This document shows, piece by piece, positions 40,036 through 53,400 of a stretch of 64,000 nucleotides of DNA (the first letter of the stretch is position 1; the number at the start of each line of letters is the position of its first letter). The stretch lies in NCBI GenBank assembly GCA_951406725.2, contig OX597822.1, forward strand, positions 46,562,001 to 46,626,000, written 5' to 3'. The notes beneath the pieces were generated by a model. That model saw nothing but the letters and a program-made list of their open reading frames with translations, made no database searches and was not told the origin of the DNA. Made by a program: the position numbers and the translations under genes. The DNA comes from Octopus vulgaris (Eukaryota).

Positions 40036-41565
40036 ATCATAGTCCTCCAGGCAATATGGAGGAATTCAAGACAGGATGCTCCTGGGAGCTCCTCTATGCT
40101 GATGACCTTGCTCTAATTACTGAGTCACTATCAGAACTTGAGAAGTTTCAATTGTGGAAACAAGGTTTAGAATCCAAGGGCCTTAGAGTCAACCTAGCTA
40201 AAACCAAAGTCCTAATAAGTAGGAAGGCAGGCAAACCACAAATCCCTTCAGGTAGATGGCCCTGCTTGATCTGTAGGAAAGGCTATAAGATGTACCCAGT
40301 GTAAGCTATGGACACATAAGAGGTGCAGCAATATCAAAGGAAGGCTAACTGGGAAGATAGTTTTTGAATGTGGCAGATGCTCTGGAGCAATAAATAACAC
40401 TGAAAATGTGCAGAGAACAACTTCCGCCACATTCCAGGGAGAAAAACTAGAAGTAGTTGATAGCTTCCATTACCTGGGTGACCAAGTCAGTAGCGGAGGA
40501 GGGTGCACTGAAAGTGTAGCTGCTAGAATAAGAATAGCCTTACCTCTGCTGGTGACAAAGGGCCTCTTGCTCAGAGTAAAAGGTAGACTGCATGACGCAT
40601 GTGTACGAACAGCCATGCTATATGGCAGTGAAACATGGGCTGTGACTGCTGAGGACATGCGTAAGCTCACAAGGAATGAAGCCAGCATGCTCCGATGGAT
40701 GTGTAATGTCAGTGTTAGTGCCTTGAGAGAAAGGTTGGACCTAAGAAGCATCAGATGTGGTGTGCAAGAGAGAAGACTGCGCTGGTATGGTCATGTGACG
40801 AGAATGGATGTGGATAGCTAGTGCCACACTCTAGCAGTTGAGGGAACCTGTAGAAGAGGTAGACCCAGGAAGACCTGGGATGAGGTGGTGAAGCATGACC
40901 TTCGAACATTGGGCCTCACCAAGGCAATGGCTAGTGACCGGGACCTCTGGAAATATGCTGTGTTTGAGAAGACTCTGCAAGCGCAAGTAAGCCCATAACC
41001 TTGTGGCCTATGCCAGGGGTGTAACTAGCCCACTTATGCATGCCTTTCTTTCATTGGACACTACACTGCTTGCGAAGACCTGTTGAAGCAAGTGAAATCG
41101 AAATCAAATTCGATGACTGCATCTGTGCTAGTGGAGCGCTAAGAGTACCATACAAGTGAGATCGTTGCCAGAGCAACAAGCTGGCCTCTGTGCCGATGGC
41201 ACATTAAAAACACCATTCGAGCGTGATCGTTACCTGCATCGCCTTACTAGCACTTGTGCTGGTGGCACATGAAAAAACATTCGAGAAAGGTCGTTGCCAG
41301 TGTTGCTGGACAGGCTTCTGTGCAGGTGGCACATAAAAAGCACCATTTGAGCATGGCCATTGCCAGTACCGACTGACTGGCCCTCATGCCAGTGGTACAT
41401 AAAAGCACCCACTACACTCGGAGTAGTTGGTGTTAGGAAGGGCATCCAGCTGTAGAAACTCCGCCAGATCATATTGGAGCCTGGTACAGTCATCTGGTTC
41501 ACCAGTCCTGAGTCAAATCATCTAACCCATGCTAGCATGGAAAGCGGATGTTAAATGATGATGAT
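40036..41565 (+). mobile_element. 5'-truncated RTE LINE with complete 3' UTR and (GAT)n tail
   Basis: LLYADDLAL, LRVNLAKTKV, VDSFHYLG, AMLYGSETW, RRLRWYGHV and RGRPRKTW motifs, then a 3' UTR with ~60-bp tandem units and a GATGATGAT tail. Confidence 0.9.
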
Positions 41566-41725
41566 ATATACATCTATGTGTATATATCTACATATATGTA
41601 TATATACATTCATATATGGGTACAGGACACCAAAAAAAATGTTGAACACAATGAGAAATGAAAACATAAACACAAAACCAAGGAAATGGACATTTTTCTT
41701 AAACATATATGTATATATACATGTA

Positions 41726-41763
<38 letters not shown>

Positions 41764-43407
41764 CATGTTTGTATATTTATATATATATATATGTAGGTAT
41801 GTTTATATATGTGTATATGTATGTAGGTATGTTTATATGTATATACATTTATATATATATATACACTTGCATTCGCACACACATAAACAAGATGCGAGAA
41901 ATGCAAGAGGCAATCTTAGACAAGCTGTAAGGTAGAATGTAATGTTGCATATCTTGTTTCTCATCTTATCAAATGATCTCTAAGTTGATTCCATGCCTAT
42001 TTCACTCTTCCTTCATTCATTTTTATCAATAAAGTTTGCGTGATTAGGAAATTTGCTTCTCAACCACAGTTTCGGGTTTAGTTCGATGGCATGACAACTT
42101 GGGCAAGTATTTTCTACTACAGCCCCGGGCTGACCAGTACCTTGTAAATAGATTTGGTAGATGGAAACTGAAAGAAACCCACCATATGTCTGTGTGTTTA
42201 TGTCTTGTCTTGTATGATTGTTGTAAACGAGCATCACCATTATACAAGCAGTGTCATTCATTTCCAGTCTGTTGTGAAAACATGTCAGGTCACATATATG
42301 CGTATAATGAGAGAAATGGATTAGAAACGGCTGATTATTATAATACTTTCATGAATTCCACAACACATAGAAATGATAGAACAAGTAATAATATAAACCT
42401 TAGTGATTGTAGCAACCATAATAGGGATCAGGTCATCTAGACTATAACGCTAAACATATTAGCACTGGCATTATGGGTTGCCCCAGTAGCAGTAGCACTA
42501 TAAATGACACATCTAGCAAAAACCTTACTCATACTACACTAGAAATAGTTTTACTGACAATAGAAATCTTAACAACAATACAGTTAACGATGATCATAGA
42601 AGGATGTATGTTTGGAAGAAATGCAACTGTGGGATACTTGGTGATTTCCTCTTGGAAATGGCCACTGCTGTAGGTATAACGTAGTCTATAAACGCATGGT
42701 CCTTAAACAAAAAACTCCACTAAAATATATATTGGAGCCTTGGTTAACTTTAAATGTTGGTTTTTAGCTCACCTTAGCTTGTTTACTTCTGCAAAATGCA
42801 AAAAATTCAACTTCGCTAGCTAACCACATACACCACCTTAAGAATAAAAGCATCGTCTACAGTATTTCCAGGTCAATCATTTATATGGAAAGCCCTTATT
42901 AGGGTAGTCAAGCTCCTTGTTATCTATGCAGTAAAAGCATCTATCAAATTCTTAAAGCATAATCCACATTACCTTTTGAACCACTTTACTATAAATCAGT
43001 CAATATATTGTGCATAGATATATGTACTTAACACCTGCCTAATTAGTAGGATCTGTAATCTTCTTAACTTGCTCTGAACCTCCTAATTCCATCCATTAGA
43101 TTATACTCTGTTATTACACTGCAACCTACTTTTATTGATGTATTTATTGTTTACATTAACTATATTATAGTTGCTACAACACTACCCCCCCCCCATTGCA
43201 GAACTCCAGTTGATTATCCTTGTTTTATTGTCCCTGTAACCCCTCCAGCCTTTCTTCCTAACATGACAAGTTCCAGTAGTCTTTAAGCTAGGTAGATATA
43301 CACATGCCTATACAAATCAAAACTCTTATCTCAGCATTCTTCTACTTCTTTCTTCGAGGACCAGCCCTTCTTCCCCTATCTATCATTCACTGACCATTTG
43401 TGTAGAC

Positions 43408-43636
43408 CAAAGGTTCTCAACCATTTTTTTTTCATCTATGGACCCCTTTGATTCTAATTTTACTTGGGTGGACCCTTATTGCCATTCATAGTTTTTAAAC
43501 AAATCCCCTTATATTTTTATAATTAGACATTATTAAAAATTGTTAAAATATTTTGTATGTTGTAGAAATATAAGCAATTTATTGCAGATAAATTTTAACT
43601 ACAAAATCTTACATGGACCTCAGTTGAGAACCACTG
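43408..43636. mobile_element. hAT/Charlie-type MITE
   Basis: TIR CAAAGGTTCTCAAC / GTTGAGAACCACTG and TSD GTGTAGAC/GTTTAGCC (6/8). Confidence 0.75.
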
Positions 43637-44322
43637 GTTTAGCCCAACCACCCAGAAAAGCATCTATAGATAGGTTATTCTCACTTATCAGCCTCTCCTC
43701 CCCACCCCATAAATTTCTCTTCTCCCTCACCATCTCCTGACCTTAAGATCACCATCTCTGATCTTCACCCTTACACTTTTCTTTTTTTTTACCCATACCC
43801 TCATCTCAAACACCTCACTCCTGTAGATTTCTTTGTCATCATCCATCTTGTACATTTCAATAACATATCTTCTTCCAGTTGGACTTTTAATATGTCTGCT
43901 TCTCTATTGAAACAACCTATTTTCCCTGCTACTATAGATATTCCTCTTCTGATGGAATAAGTAGCATGTAACCCTTTTGCACTGCAGACAGTATGTACTG
44001 ATCTGCGCTAAATATACAACTCTTCTAGAAACAGCTGTAAATACTACCTACATCTTTTCCATCACTTGCAAGTATTTCATCAGTGACACCATTGATCAAC
44101 TTACATTTCTAAGTTATATAAACCATATGGACTACTTTTCTACCTCATCCTGAAGTGTACCTATCTGCATCTGGACCATTATGAACTTTTCATATTTTGG
44201 ACTCTTCCTGTTTCCTGCCATATATATGTTTTATTTCTATTCCTGAGCGCCATACTAATACAATTGTTTGTTTGTACTCCACCTGCCTTCGTCTTTTGTT
44301 TATTTTCGTAAAGCTTCCTGTG

Positions 44323-44363
<41 letters not shown>

Positions 44364-44699
44364 TTTTCTTCAGTGTGTTATATAATATTGTCCCTGGCAT
44401 GAATTTGCGTATGAGTAGTCAATCTGTAGCAAGTGGTTAAACCTCTTCATCACGATGAGTGCAAAGGGTGCTAGTGCCTGAGAAAGCTGTTTAGGCCAAG
44501 GGTAGGGCATTTATCGCATGGAAGGGTTGGCAGGGGATGAGAAAGTGTGAGTCTCTCTTTGTGTCTTCACCATCTGATCTCTGTCTCTTGGCGTCAGTTA
44601 TTTTCCATCTGGTCTGTTTCCTTAACAATGACATAGATATATATATATTATAAATTGTTTGATACATGGTGACTGATTGTGTTTATGCTTTTGTTTTAT

Positions 44700-44731
<32 letters not shown>

Positions 44732-45445
44732 CACACATACACATATATATCCCAGCATAGAAGGCAGAAGTTAAACGATGATGATATATATGCCTATGTG
44801 AAGGCACGTGGCTTAGTGGTTACTGTATTCGGCTCATGATCATAAAGTCTTGAGTTCAATTCATGGTAGCATCATGTGCCCTGGAACCTGTAATTCAAAG
44901 GGCCAGCCTTGTCACATTGAATCTCCTTGAAAACTATGTTAAGGATACCCATGTCTGTGGAGTGCTCAGCTACTTGCACATTAAATTTACGAGCAGGCTG
45001 TTCCATTGTTCAGACCAACTTGAACCCCTGTTGTCGTAACCAACAGAACGCCAGTTATGTATGGATGTATGTATATGTGGATGTATTTATATTTGTTTGT
45101 ATATATGGATGTATATATATATATATGTAAATAGATATGTATGTGTATATTTATGTATGTATATATGTGTATCAATTACAGAATGTAAAGGATATAATAT
45201 TGCTGAATATCAGTTTCTGTTGCCAAGTCACGATATGAAAGAATGTTAGCAAGGAATTCTCATATAACTGAGAGTTTGGGTTTTTTGGGCAAAGGTCATT
45301 GCCTTCACCATCATCACTAGAAATTCTTATATCTTCTGATTAAATTGGGTATCCAGGGTCACCTTTCTCTGTTTTGCCTACAACTCTGAATTCTTGGGAT
45401 AAAACTCCAACTCTTTCAAAATCCTATTTTATCCCAGCATTAAAC

Positions 45446-45662
45446 CAGGGCTGTGGAGTCAAAACAAAAAGCTTAGATACCGACTCCCCTACTATTTGCA
45501 CCTCCTACTCCGACTCCCCTTTATGTAATTAAGTGATTGTGGTCTACATATCTCATAAAGCATATGCATACGCTTGTACTTTGAGTAGGCCTTTGTTATA
45601 ACTGGTTTATATTAAAGAATAAAGGTCAGTATAATTTTACTGACTCTGACTCCACAGCCCTG
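45446..45662. mobile_element. hAT-type MITE
   Basis: Perfect 15-bp TIR CAGGGCTGTGGAGTC / GACTCCACAGCCCTG, perfect 8-bp TSD CATTAAAC, and internal CCGACTCCCCT repeats. Confidence 0.92.
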
Positions 45663-45844
45663 CATTAAACAGTTTTTTCTCCCCCAAGCATTAACTAGAA
45701 TAGTTTTTTTCCAGTGCCTTTCATGAAGCTGCTATATTGAATACTAAGTGCTCATGTGACTGTGTGGTAAGAAGTTTGCTTCCCAACTACATGGTTCTGG
45801 GTTCAGTCCCACTGCATGGCTCAATATTTCTATCATGGAAACTT

Positions 45845-47420
45845 GTAAAGTACCCCACACTACATAATGTAGTCTTGCAGAATGCACATTGGAAATTTGT
45901 TTCAACTACCCATCCACTGGGTCCGTTATTATTTTTATGAAGACATTCATGGCATTGCCTTTTGTGACCCTTAATTTTCCCTAACTTATGGAAATCTGCT
46001 GAATTTAGTGGGATATTCCTCTGGTAGGCTTAAACTTTTCCCCCAGCAGTTATTTCTTTGGATGAAAAGCCAATCCTCAACTGTGTTGCTACATCTGTTC
46101 AAAACTGTAGACAGTTGCATTGCTTTTGACCCCCCCCCCGCCCGATTTGGTATATAGTATGAATAATGTAATTGCATTAACAATGCTCATGTTTATTATA
46201 TACTAAACCAGAGCCAACATTCATTATCTGGTCAATAATCATATGATTCAGCTGATCTGCACCACCCATGTACCTATATTAATTAAGGTTCACAAATGTG
46301 GTGACATTTTCATCCACAGGTAGGTAGAAAATCTCTGTATGTGGTCACTAACAAATTTCCTTTCTACCATTGGAGTATTTCACCTCTTTTTAAGATTTTT
46401 GATATCCAACAGCATTCCTTTTCTACTTGCTACTACTGTAGCACATGTATATGTTGCCACAACTTCTAAACCCACTACAAATTTAACCAAACTGAAAAAA
46501 AAAAAACTGTCTAAAAATAATATATGAGATGGTATAGGAGCGATAAATTTCAGACCACATTGTACCCCAAACCATGCTAGCATACATTATTGTCCCTATT
46601 TCCTGTAGAAAAAAAATAAACTCACAGTAGTACCCAGTATTGGCTTTACAAATCATCCAAACTTTGATCCCCTATTTTGTAGGTTTTCCAGGCATGTACT
46701 GTCAGAAATGTACTTGACCTTATATCCCACCATAGCCTCATCGATAGATAGGTATCTCTCTGGTTTGTACAATGTTTTATGTTCATTTAGAATGCAGCCA
46801 ATGAGGGGTTTTATTTTAAATAAGGGATAACATTTTGGTTCTTCTTGTACTGGTGTGCTCATAATGTCTCTTATATGTAGGTACTGTGATAGTCTTAAAA
46901 ATCTTGTTATGTATCATAATACTGGGAAGCCTATTGGTCTCCAAAAGGTTTATTGCTGCTCCAGTACATTATTCTGAGTGTTTTTTTTGTACCCATAATT
47001 AGATTTCAAAAAATTCTTGGATTTATCTAAGCATGTGAGAAATCACAAACCATCTTCTTTATTTCTTTGTTTATATTATGCATAATGATTAGTTCCTGTA
47101 GTAATTGTTTCAACCAAACTAAGAGGTAAAAAAGTATTAAAAAATACTCTAATGGTTTCGTCTCCTAGAAAAGACTGTGACTAGGTCCAGTCTCTTCAGA
47201 AAATCAGTTTTCAAACTTCAGCTCCATTCAGATACAAATCGGTTTTCTTTGTTACTGTCTGAGTTATCATCAGACTTGCTGATTTCACTTTTGGAAATAG
47301 AAATATCCAATCCATACTCATACAACATGTGGTTTTTGTGTTCGCTGTATATTTTGTTTGTTTTTTCCATGTCTTCATTCATTGAAAATCCTTCAAATTT
47401 TGATTTACTACTTTTTCCAG
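45845..47420 (-). mobile_element. Decayed piggyBac (PGBD-like) transposase
   Basis: In order: FEGF plus acidic N-terminus, ITTGTNHYA, LFKIKPLI...YKPERYLSIDEAMVGYK, LFLDSFF...TYTCATVVASRKG, YMGGADQ, and the Cys-rich ETNFQCAFCKTTLC. Multiple stops and frameshifts. Confidence 0.85.
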
Positions 47421-47429
47421 ACTGGGTGT

Positions 47430-48760
47430 TATACTTTTGAAAAAAACCACTTCCACTGCTAACAAGGTTACCTAGGTAACAGAAGCTATCAATTATTCTT
47501 AGTGGGCTACCTGAGCATTTAAGAGAACTTATTTCCAATATGTTCCTTCCAGTGCATCTGCCATGTACAAAGCGTGCATTCTTTATTAGCTTGCCAGTGA
47601 TTTGTGCATTCATACCCTACACTTGGTGTAGCACACTGAGTTTCTCCTTTTGTGCATATTAAGCAAGGCCATTTCCAGGGCCCTCTGGCACCTTCATTTT
47701 TGCTATGTTTATGTTGAGTTCTTATGATTCTACATTTTGCTTCCATTCCTAGATTTTTTTCCTTCTAATTTCCCTATAGATTCAGCTGTAAGTAATAGAT
47801 CAGCTGCATATAAGAATTTATGTGGACAGCCAGTTTTAAACTTCTTTGTAATAGATTGTAGGATTATAACGAATAGGAGAGGGTTGAGGACTAAACTTGT
47901 TGCCAGCAGTGATAGAAAGTCTCTGAATGTTTTCTAGCCTGTCCTTATCTTTTATATTCTACATGTTCAGTAAGGCTGTTTTCCTAAAGATAAGAAAATA
48001 CTGTCTTTCCTATTTACTGAAACCTTAGTCTTCGCTAAGTTTACCTTGGGGCCCCTCAGTTTGAGGTTTAGCTTCCATGCCTGGAATTTTCTCTAATTCT
48101 CTTACAGAGTCATCTATTAGAACTATCTAGATCATCAGCGTCTAGGAGTTCCTGAGGACAGCTAGTTTTAAATTCCTCTGTAATGGTCTGTAGGACCATG
48201 ATGAATAGGAGAATACTGAGGCCTGAGCCTTGATGGACCCCTATCTTCATGCTAAATTTGTTACTACAGTCATTGCTGACTCTCACTTAACGGACTGCAC
48301 CATTGTACATTTTTTTAGACTAACCCCGCAAGCCATTCACCTGCATCTAGTTTCCTTAGTGACCGTTAAATCACATTCTGTCAATGGTTTTCCCCAAGTC
48401 ATTGAGTCTTAGGTATAATGGTTTATGCATAGCTAAGTACTTCTGCAGTTGCCTCACTGGAAAGTTGTTATCCACGGTACTTCTAAACATAAAGCTGACC
48501 TGTATTTTATCTAGTCTAATTCTGTTTCTGATCTTCCTGTGACCTTCATAGTCTGGTCTAACAGTTTGGTGCTTCTATAACTTTCTCTTTCGCGTCTCCT
48601 TTGTTCTTGTTAGTAGTTTACAATAATATTGCTATGCCAGTCATTGTGTTGCAACATCTTAATGTATTACTGGATTGACTATTTGCATGACTAGTACATA
48701 TCATACTTTGAGTGTTTCACTCACCATCCTTGGTAGACTGGCAGCTTTCCTTACTTTCAT
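47430..48760 (-). mobile_element. Decayed/rearranged RTE fragments
   Basis: IIDSFCYLGNLVSSG and KWPCLIC, plus two copies of the FKT(G/S)CP..LL.AD segment (47800-47890, 48120-48240). Confidence 0.7.
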
Positions 48761-50341
48761 GTTTTTCATACAACACTGCTATCAGTTCTACATCATCATC
48801 ATCATCATCATTATTTAATGTCCGTTTTTCATGCTGGCATAGGTTGGACAGTTTGACAGGAGCTGACAAGCTGGAGAGCTACACCAAGCTTCATATCTAT
48901 TTTTGCATGGTTTCTACAGCTGGTTGCCCTTCCTAATGCCAACCACTTTCACAGTGTGCTTTCTACATGGCACCAGCGCAGGTGCTTTTTATGGGTATCT
49001 ATTTATATCAATCTGTCTGTCTGTCGTTATATCCATCTATCCATTCATCTATCTATATGTTTGTGCATGTATGTATATTTATTTTTTTTGTGTAAGTGTG
49101 ACATACTTCATACACAGTATATGAGATTTGCACATATCTAACAATGTGAGGATCAGAGACATGAAATATTAAAAACCGGGACAGTGTATGAGAGAGAAGC
49201 AAGACATCATTAGTAAGAAGTGTATTCAGAATGATAAAAGCACAGTCATGCACACGTACAGGACAGAGAATGGGTAATGGTGAAAACTGATCTCAGGATG
49301 CTGAACGCCAAAGATAATGGCAAAAGGCTGCCACAGTTGGTGACATGCTGTACTGGAGAGAAAACACTCTGTTGGGCAAGCACAGCAGAGAGATTGCTAA
49401 TAAAGTGGATGTTGATGATTGGGATGCTCTCCCTAGAGTTGCCTTCTCCTTGCAACTACTTCCCTTTCCTTCATTGATCTTTCTATATTTACTTATTGTT
49501 CCTTATCTTTCTCTCTCTGCTCTCCCTACAACTGTTTCTGTCAACTCAGTGTCTTTCATCTCTCCCTCTTTGGCCCACCACCACAACCTCCACCTCTTTC
49601 TTTTCTGCTACCATCGTCTCTCTCCCTCTCTCTTTTCCTCCCACACCTGTCCATATTCATCCTTATACTGGCACTCCATTGATTATGGAATGAGTGTTCC
49701 AGTTGATTCGATCAGTGAAACAGTTTACTCGTGAAATTAATATGCTAGTGGCCAAGCACTCTACAGACACACATATCCTTAACAGAGAGATTCAGCATGA
49801 CACAGAATGTAACAAAGCTGGTCCTTTGAAATGCAGGTACAACTCACTTTTACCAGCTGAGTGGACTGGAGCAACATGAAATAAATCGTCTTGCTCAAGG
49901 ACACAATGTATCACCAGGAATTGAACTCACAACCTTCTGATCATGAGCCAAAATACCCAAACTATTAAGCCATGCAGCTTCACAGCTGACTACCAGCCTC
50001 TCAGATCTGTTCTTCTCATCTGACTCAAAAATTATGACCCTTTCTCTCATTCTCCTTTCAGTTGTGAAGTGTTGTTTCTAGTGCTGGTGCCTTGAAAAAA
50101 ACACCAGCACGCTTTGTAAAGTGGTTGGAATTTGGAAGGGCATCTAGTCAAAGAAACATTCCAAAGCTGAGACATTAGACAACAGTGTGGTCCCCCTCCC
50201 CTGTTGGGACATGTTGAACTGTTCAGTCTATGCCTGCATGGAAAGCAGATGTAAATGATGATATATATTTATGTGTGTGTGTGTATATATCTATATATAT
50301 ATGTCTATATGTATATATGTGTGTGTGTATATATATATAGA

Positions 50342-50443
<102 letters not shown>

Positions 50444-53400
50444 AGAATCTTGTTGGATAGAAATGTATACACACAGATTAGAATGCCCATGTTCAGTCCA
50501 CTGCAGGATGAGAGCCTCAGCATATTCTCTCTACCAGAGAATGGCTTGACATAGCTGGCAGAGGGATACAGTTTTTTTTGTATTCATACCCAGGAGTAGT
50601 TAAGTTGATTATATTGACCACGGTGCTCAGCTGGTACATATTTTATTGATCCCAAAAGGATGAGAGGCAAAGTCGACTTCGGTGGAATTTGAATTCAGAA
50701 TGTAAAGACAGATGAAATACCATTAAGCATTTCACACACATACACACGGCTATGTTTGTTATAGAGATGAACTGGTCAAGAAATACATGCATACATATTT
50801 ATATATATATAAAACAATCCCTAGTGTATATATGTGTTTGTGTACATCTGTGTATGTATATATGTTTATATATGTATATAAAATATGCACAAGTGTGTAA
50901 CATCTATATATATATATATATATAAGCCAAGTGAAACTGTAACCGTGGCCTATGCCAGTGCAGCATAACCAGCCCGTTTAAGAGTACCCTTCAATCATTG
51001 GGCAATAAACTGTGCTTGAGGAAAGGTCTGTTGAGTCAAGTGAAGTCATTATTATGATTGATGCCAGTACCACCTGTGGTTGATGCCAGTGCTGCCTGAC
51101 TGATCCCGTGCTGGTGGCATGTAAAAAGCACCACTGGACCGTGGTTGATGTCAGTGCCGCCTGACTGATCCCGTGCTGGTGGCATGTAAAAAGCACCCAC
51201 TACACTCAAGAGTGGTTGGCATTAGGTAGGGTATCCTGCTGTAGAAACCTTGCTAGATCAGATCGGAGCCTGGTGCAGCCTCCTGGCTTGCCAGGTCTCA
51301 GTCAAACCATCCAGCCCATGCCAGCATGGAAAGTAGACGTTAAACAATGATGATGATATATGTACATACACACACATATATATGTATGTAGAAGTACAAG
51401 TACTTAGGTAGCCTACATTGCCTGTGTTTATTTATACATAAAATAAAGACACCCAATTAGTTTTGTAATGAAAAACTATGAAATGATAGAAGGATAATAG
51501 AGATGTCCTCTATGGACAATGACAATAGTTTGTTGATGGTTGTAGAGTAATTACATCAGTTTCACAAAATGTAAAAAAAAATATAAATTTTCAGAAAATA
51601 TCAGATTGTGTTAGAAACTATCCCCAAATGGATATTTAATGCTGTGTAATATTTATCTTTCCCCATAACATTTTATATTTTTTCTCCTTTTTTTTTTGCT
51701 TTTTTTTTTTGTTTCAAGCATTGTATACTACAATTTTATAAAAAGCAAAACAATAAAGAAATGATGTCTATATCTTTATGTTTGTCATCTTTGTGTTTGT
51801 CACACCCATTCATCCATGATAATCATTGAGATTTTTGTGTTCCATAACTTAGCAGTTTGGCAAAAGACTTAAAATAAAAAAAAACGGTATTGGGGTCAAT
51901 TTATTTGCATAAGCCCTTCAAGGCAGTACCCCTATATAGCTGCAGTCTAATGTCAGAAATAAGTAAAAGAAAAAAATGTGTAGCACCTTTTTGCCCTCAG
52001 CAGAATTTGAAATCAGAGCACAGAGAGCAGAAACAAATACTTGATAGGTGTAGGCATGGCTGTATGGTAAGAAGTTTACATCCTAGCCACATTCTGGATC
52101 CAGTCCCACTGCATGGCACCTTGGGCAAGTGTCTTCTACAGCCACGGGCCGACCAAAGCCTTGTGAGTGGATTTGGTATGCAGAATCTGAAAGATGTCTA
52201 TCATATAAACACATACATACACATCTATCTTTATATCTGTAAAAATTAAGTACCAGGATTGATTGGTTCAGCTAAATACTTCCAAGTTGGTGCTTCGGTA
52301 TGACTACAGTCTGACTACAGACCAATGACTGCAACAAGTTAAAGATAGAAATGATAGTTACATGCAGACAAAACCAGCACCGTTGAAAGTTCCCAGTCAA
52401 TAATTTAATTAGATATTCAATAGGGTTGTTCTTACCTTTCATAATTAAATTTTGCAAGTAGCTGGTAAGAAAATAGTATTCCTTTTGACTTCTTTCGGGT
52501 CATTTACCATATGCTGTTGAAACACATGTACACAACTTATACAGGGTGGGGAATGAAGTGAATACCAGTGGTGAATATCATTGGTTGAAATTTATTTTTT
52601 ATACAGCTTTCTAGTTTTACACACACACATACACACATAATGATAGTGAATATCTAAACAAAATACAATTTGTCAGCTAAAAAAAACAAACTTTAATTTA
52701 TTGTCATTTAAAAAAATGGTACATAGCCTATTATCCACCCCTTCAAGTGATTCCCTCTTCTGAAAAATTTTGTTTTGGCAATCTTCATACAGTGGCCTTT
52801 GACTGAGAAAATACTTACAATGATTTTAAAGCAAATTTCTCAGATACTAGGCGTTACCTGCTTTTATATATATTTAGTTGTATGTGTGTGTGTGTGTGTT
52901 CATATGAACATGGGCATATGTGTATGCATATGCATGCATGTATGTGTGTATATATATGTACCTGCTTATATATGTATATGTATATACAGACATACATATT
53001 TATGCATGTATATATCTGTGTGTATGTGTGGGTGTATGCATGTGTGTCATGTTTTAATTAATTTCTTTACCATCCTCCTTTCACTGTTTACTCTTTTCAA
53101 GTTTATGAATTTCAGCTTAATCCTTTACTCCTTGCTTTGAAGCTGTGACCACCTCTCCTAAACATTTCTTGCACACTTCTTCCTACTTTCTGATTTGTAA
53201 TCCAAAATAACTTTACAGTCTTCAAAGATATATATATATATATTGATCAATCAATATGTTTATCTATCCACACATCAAACTGATTCTGTTGTCTCTTCAT
53301 TTCAAAGGCCATCTTGTTATATCAGTCAATTAATTGGTTTTGAGTCATTTGTTCACACACATGCATATACGTCTGTGTGTGTGTAGATGTAGATATGTAT

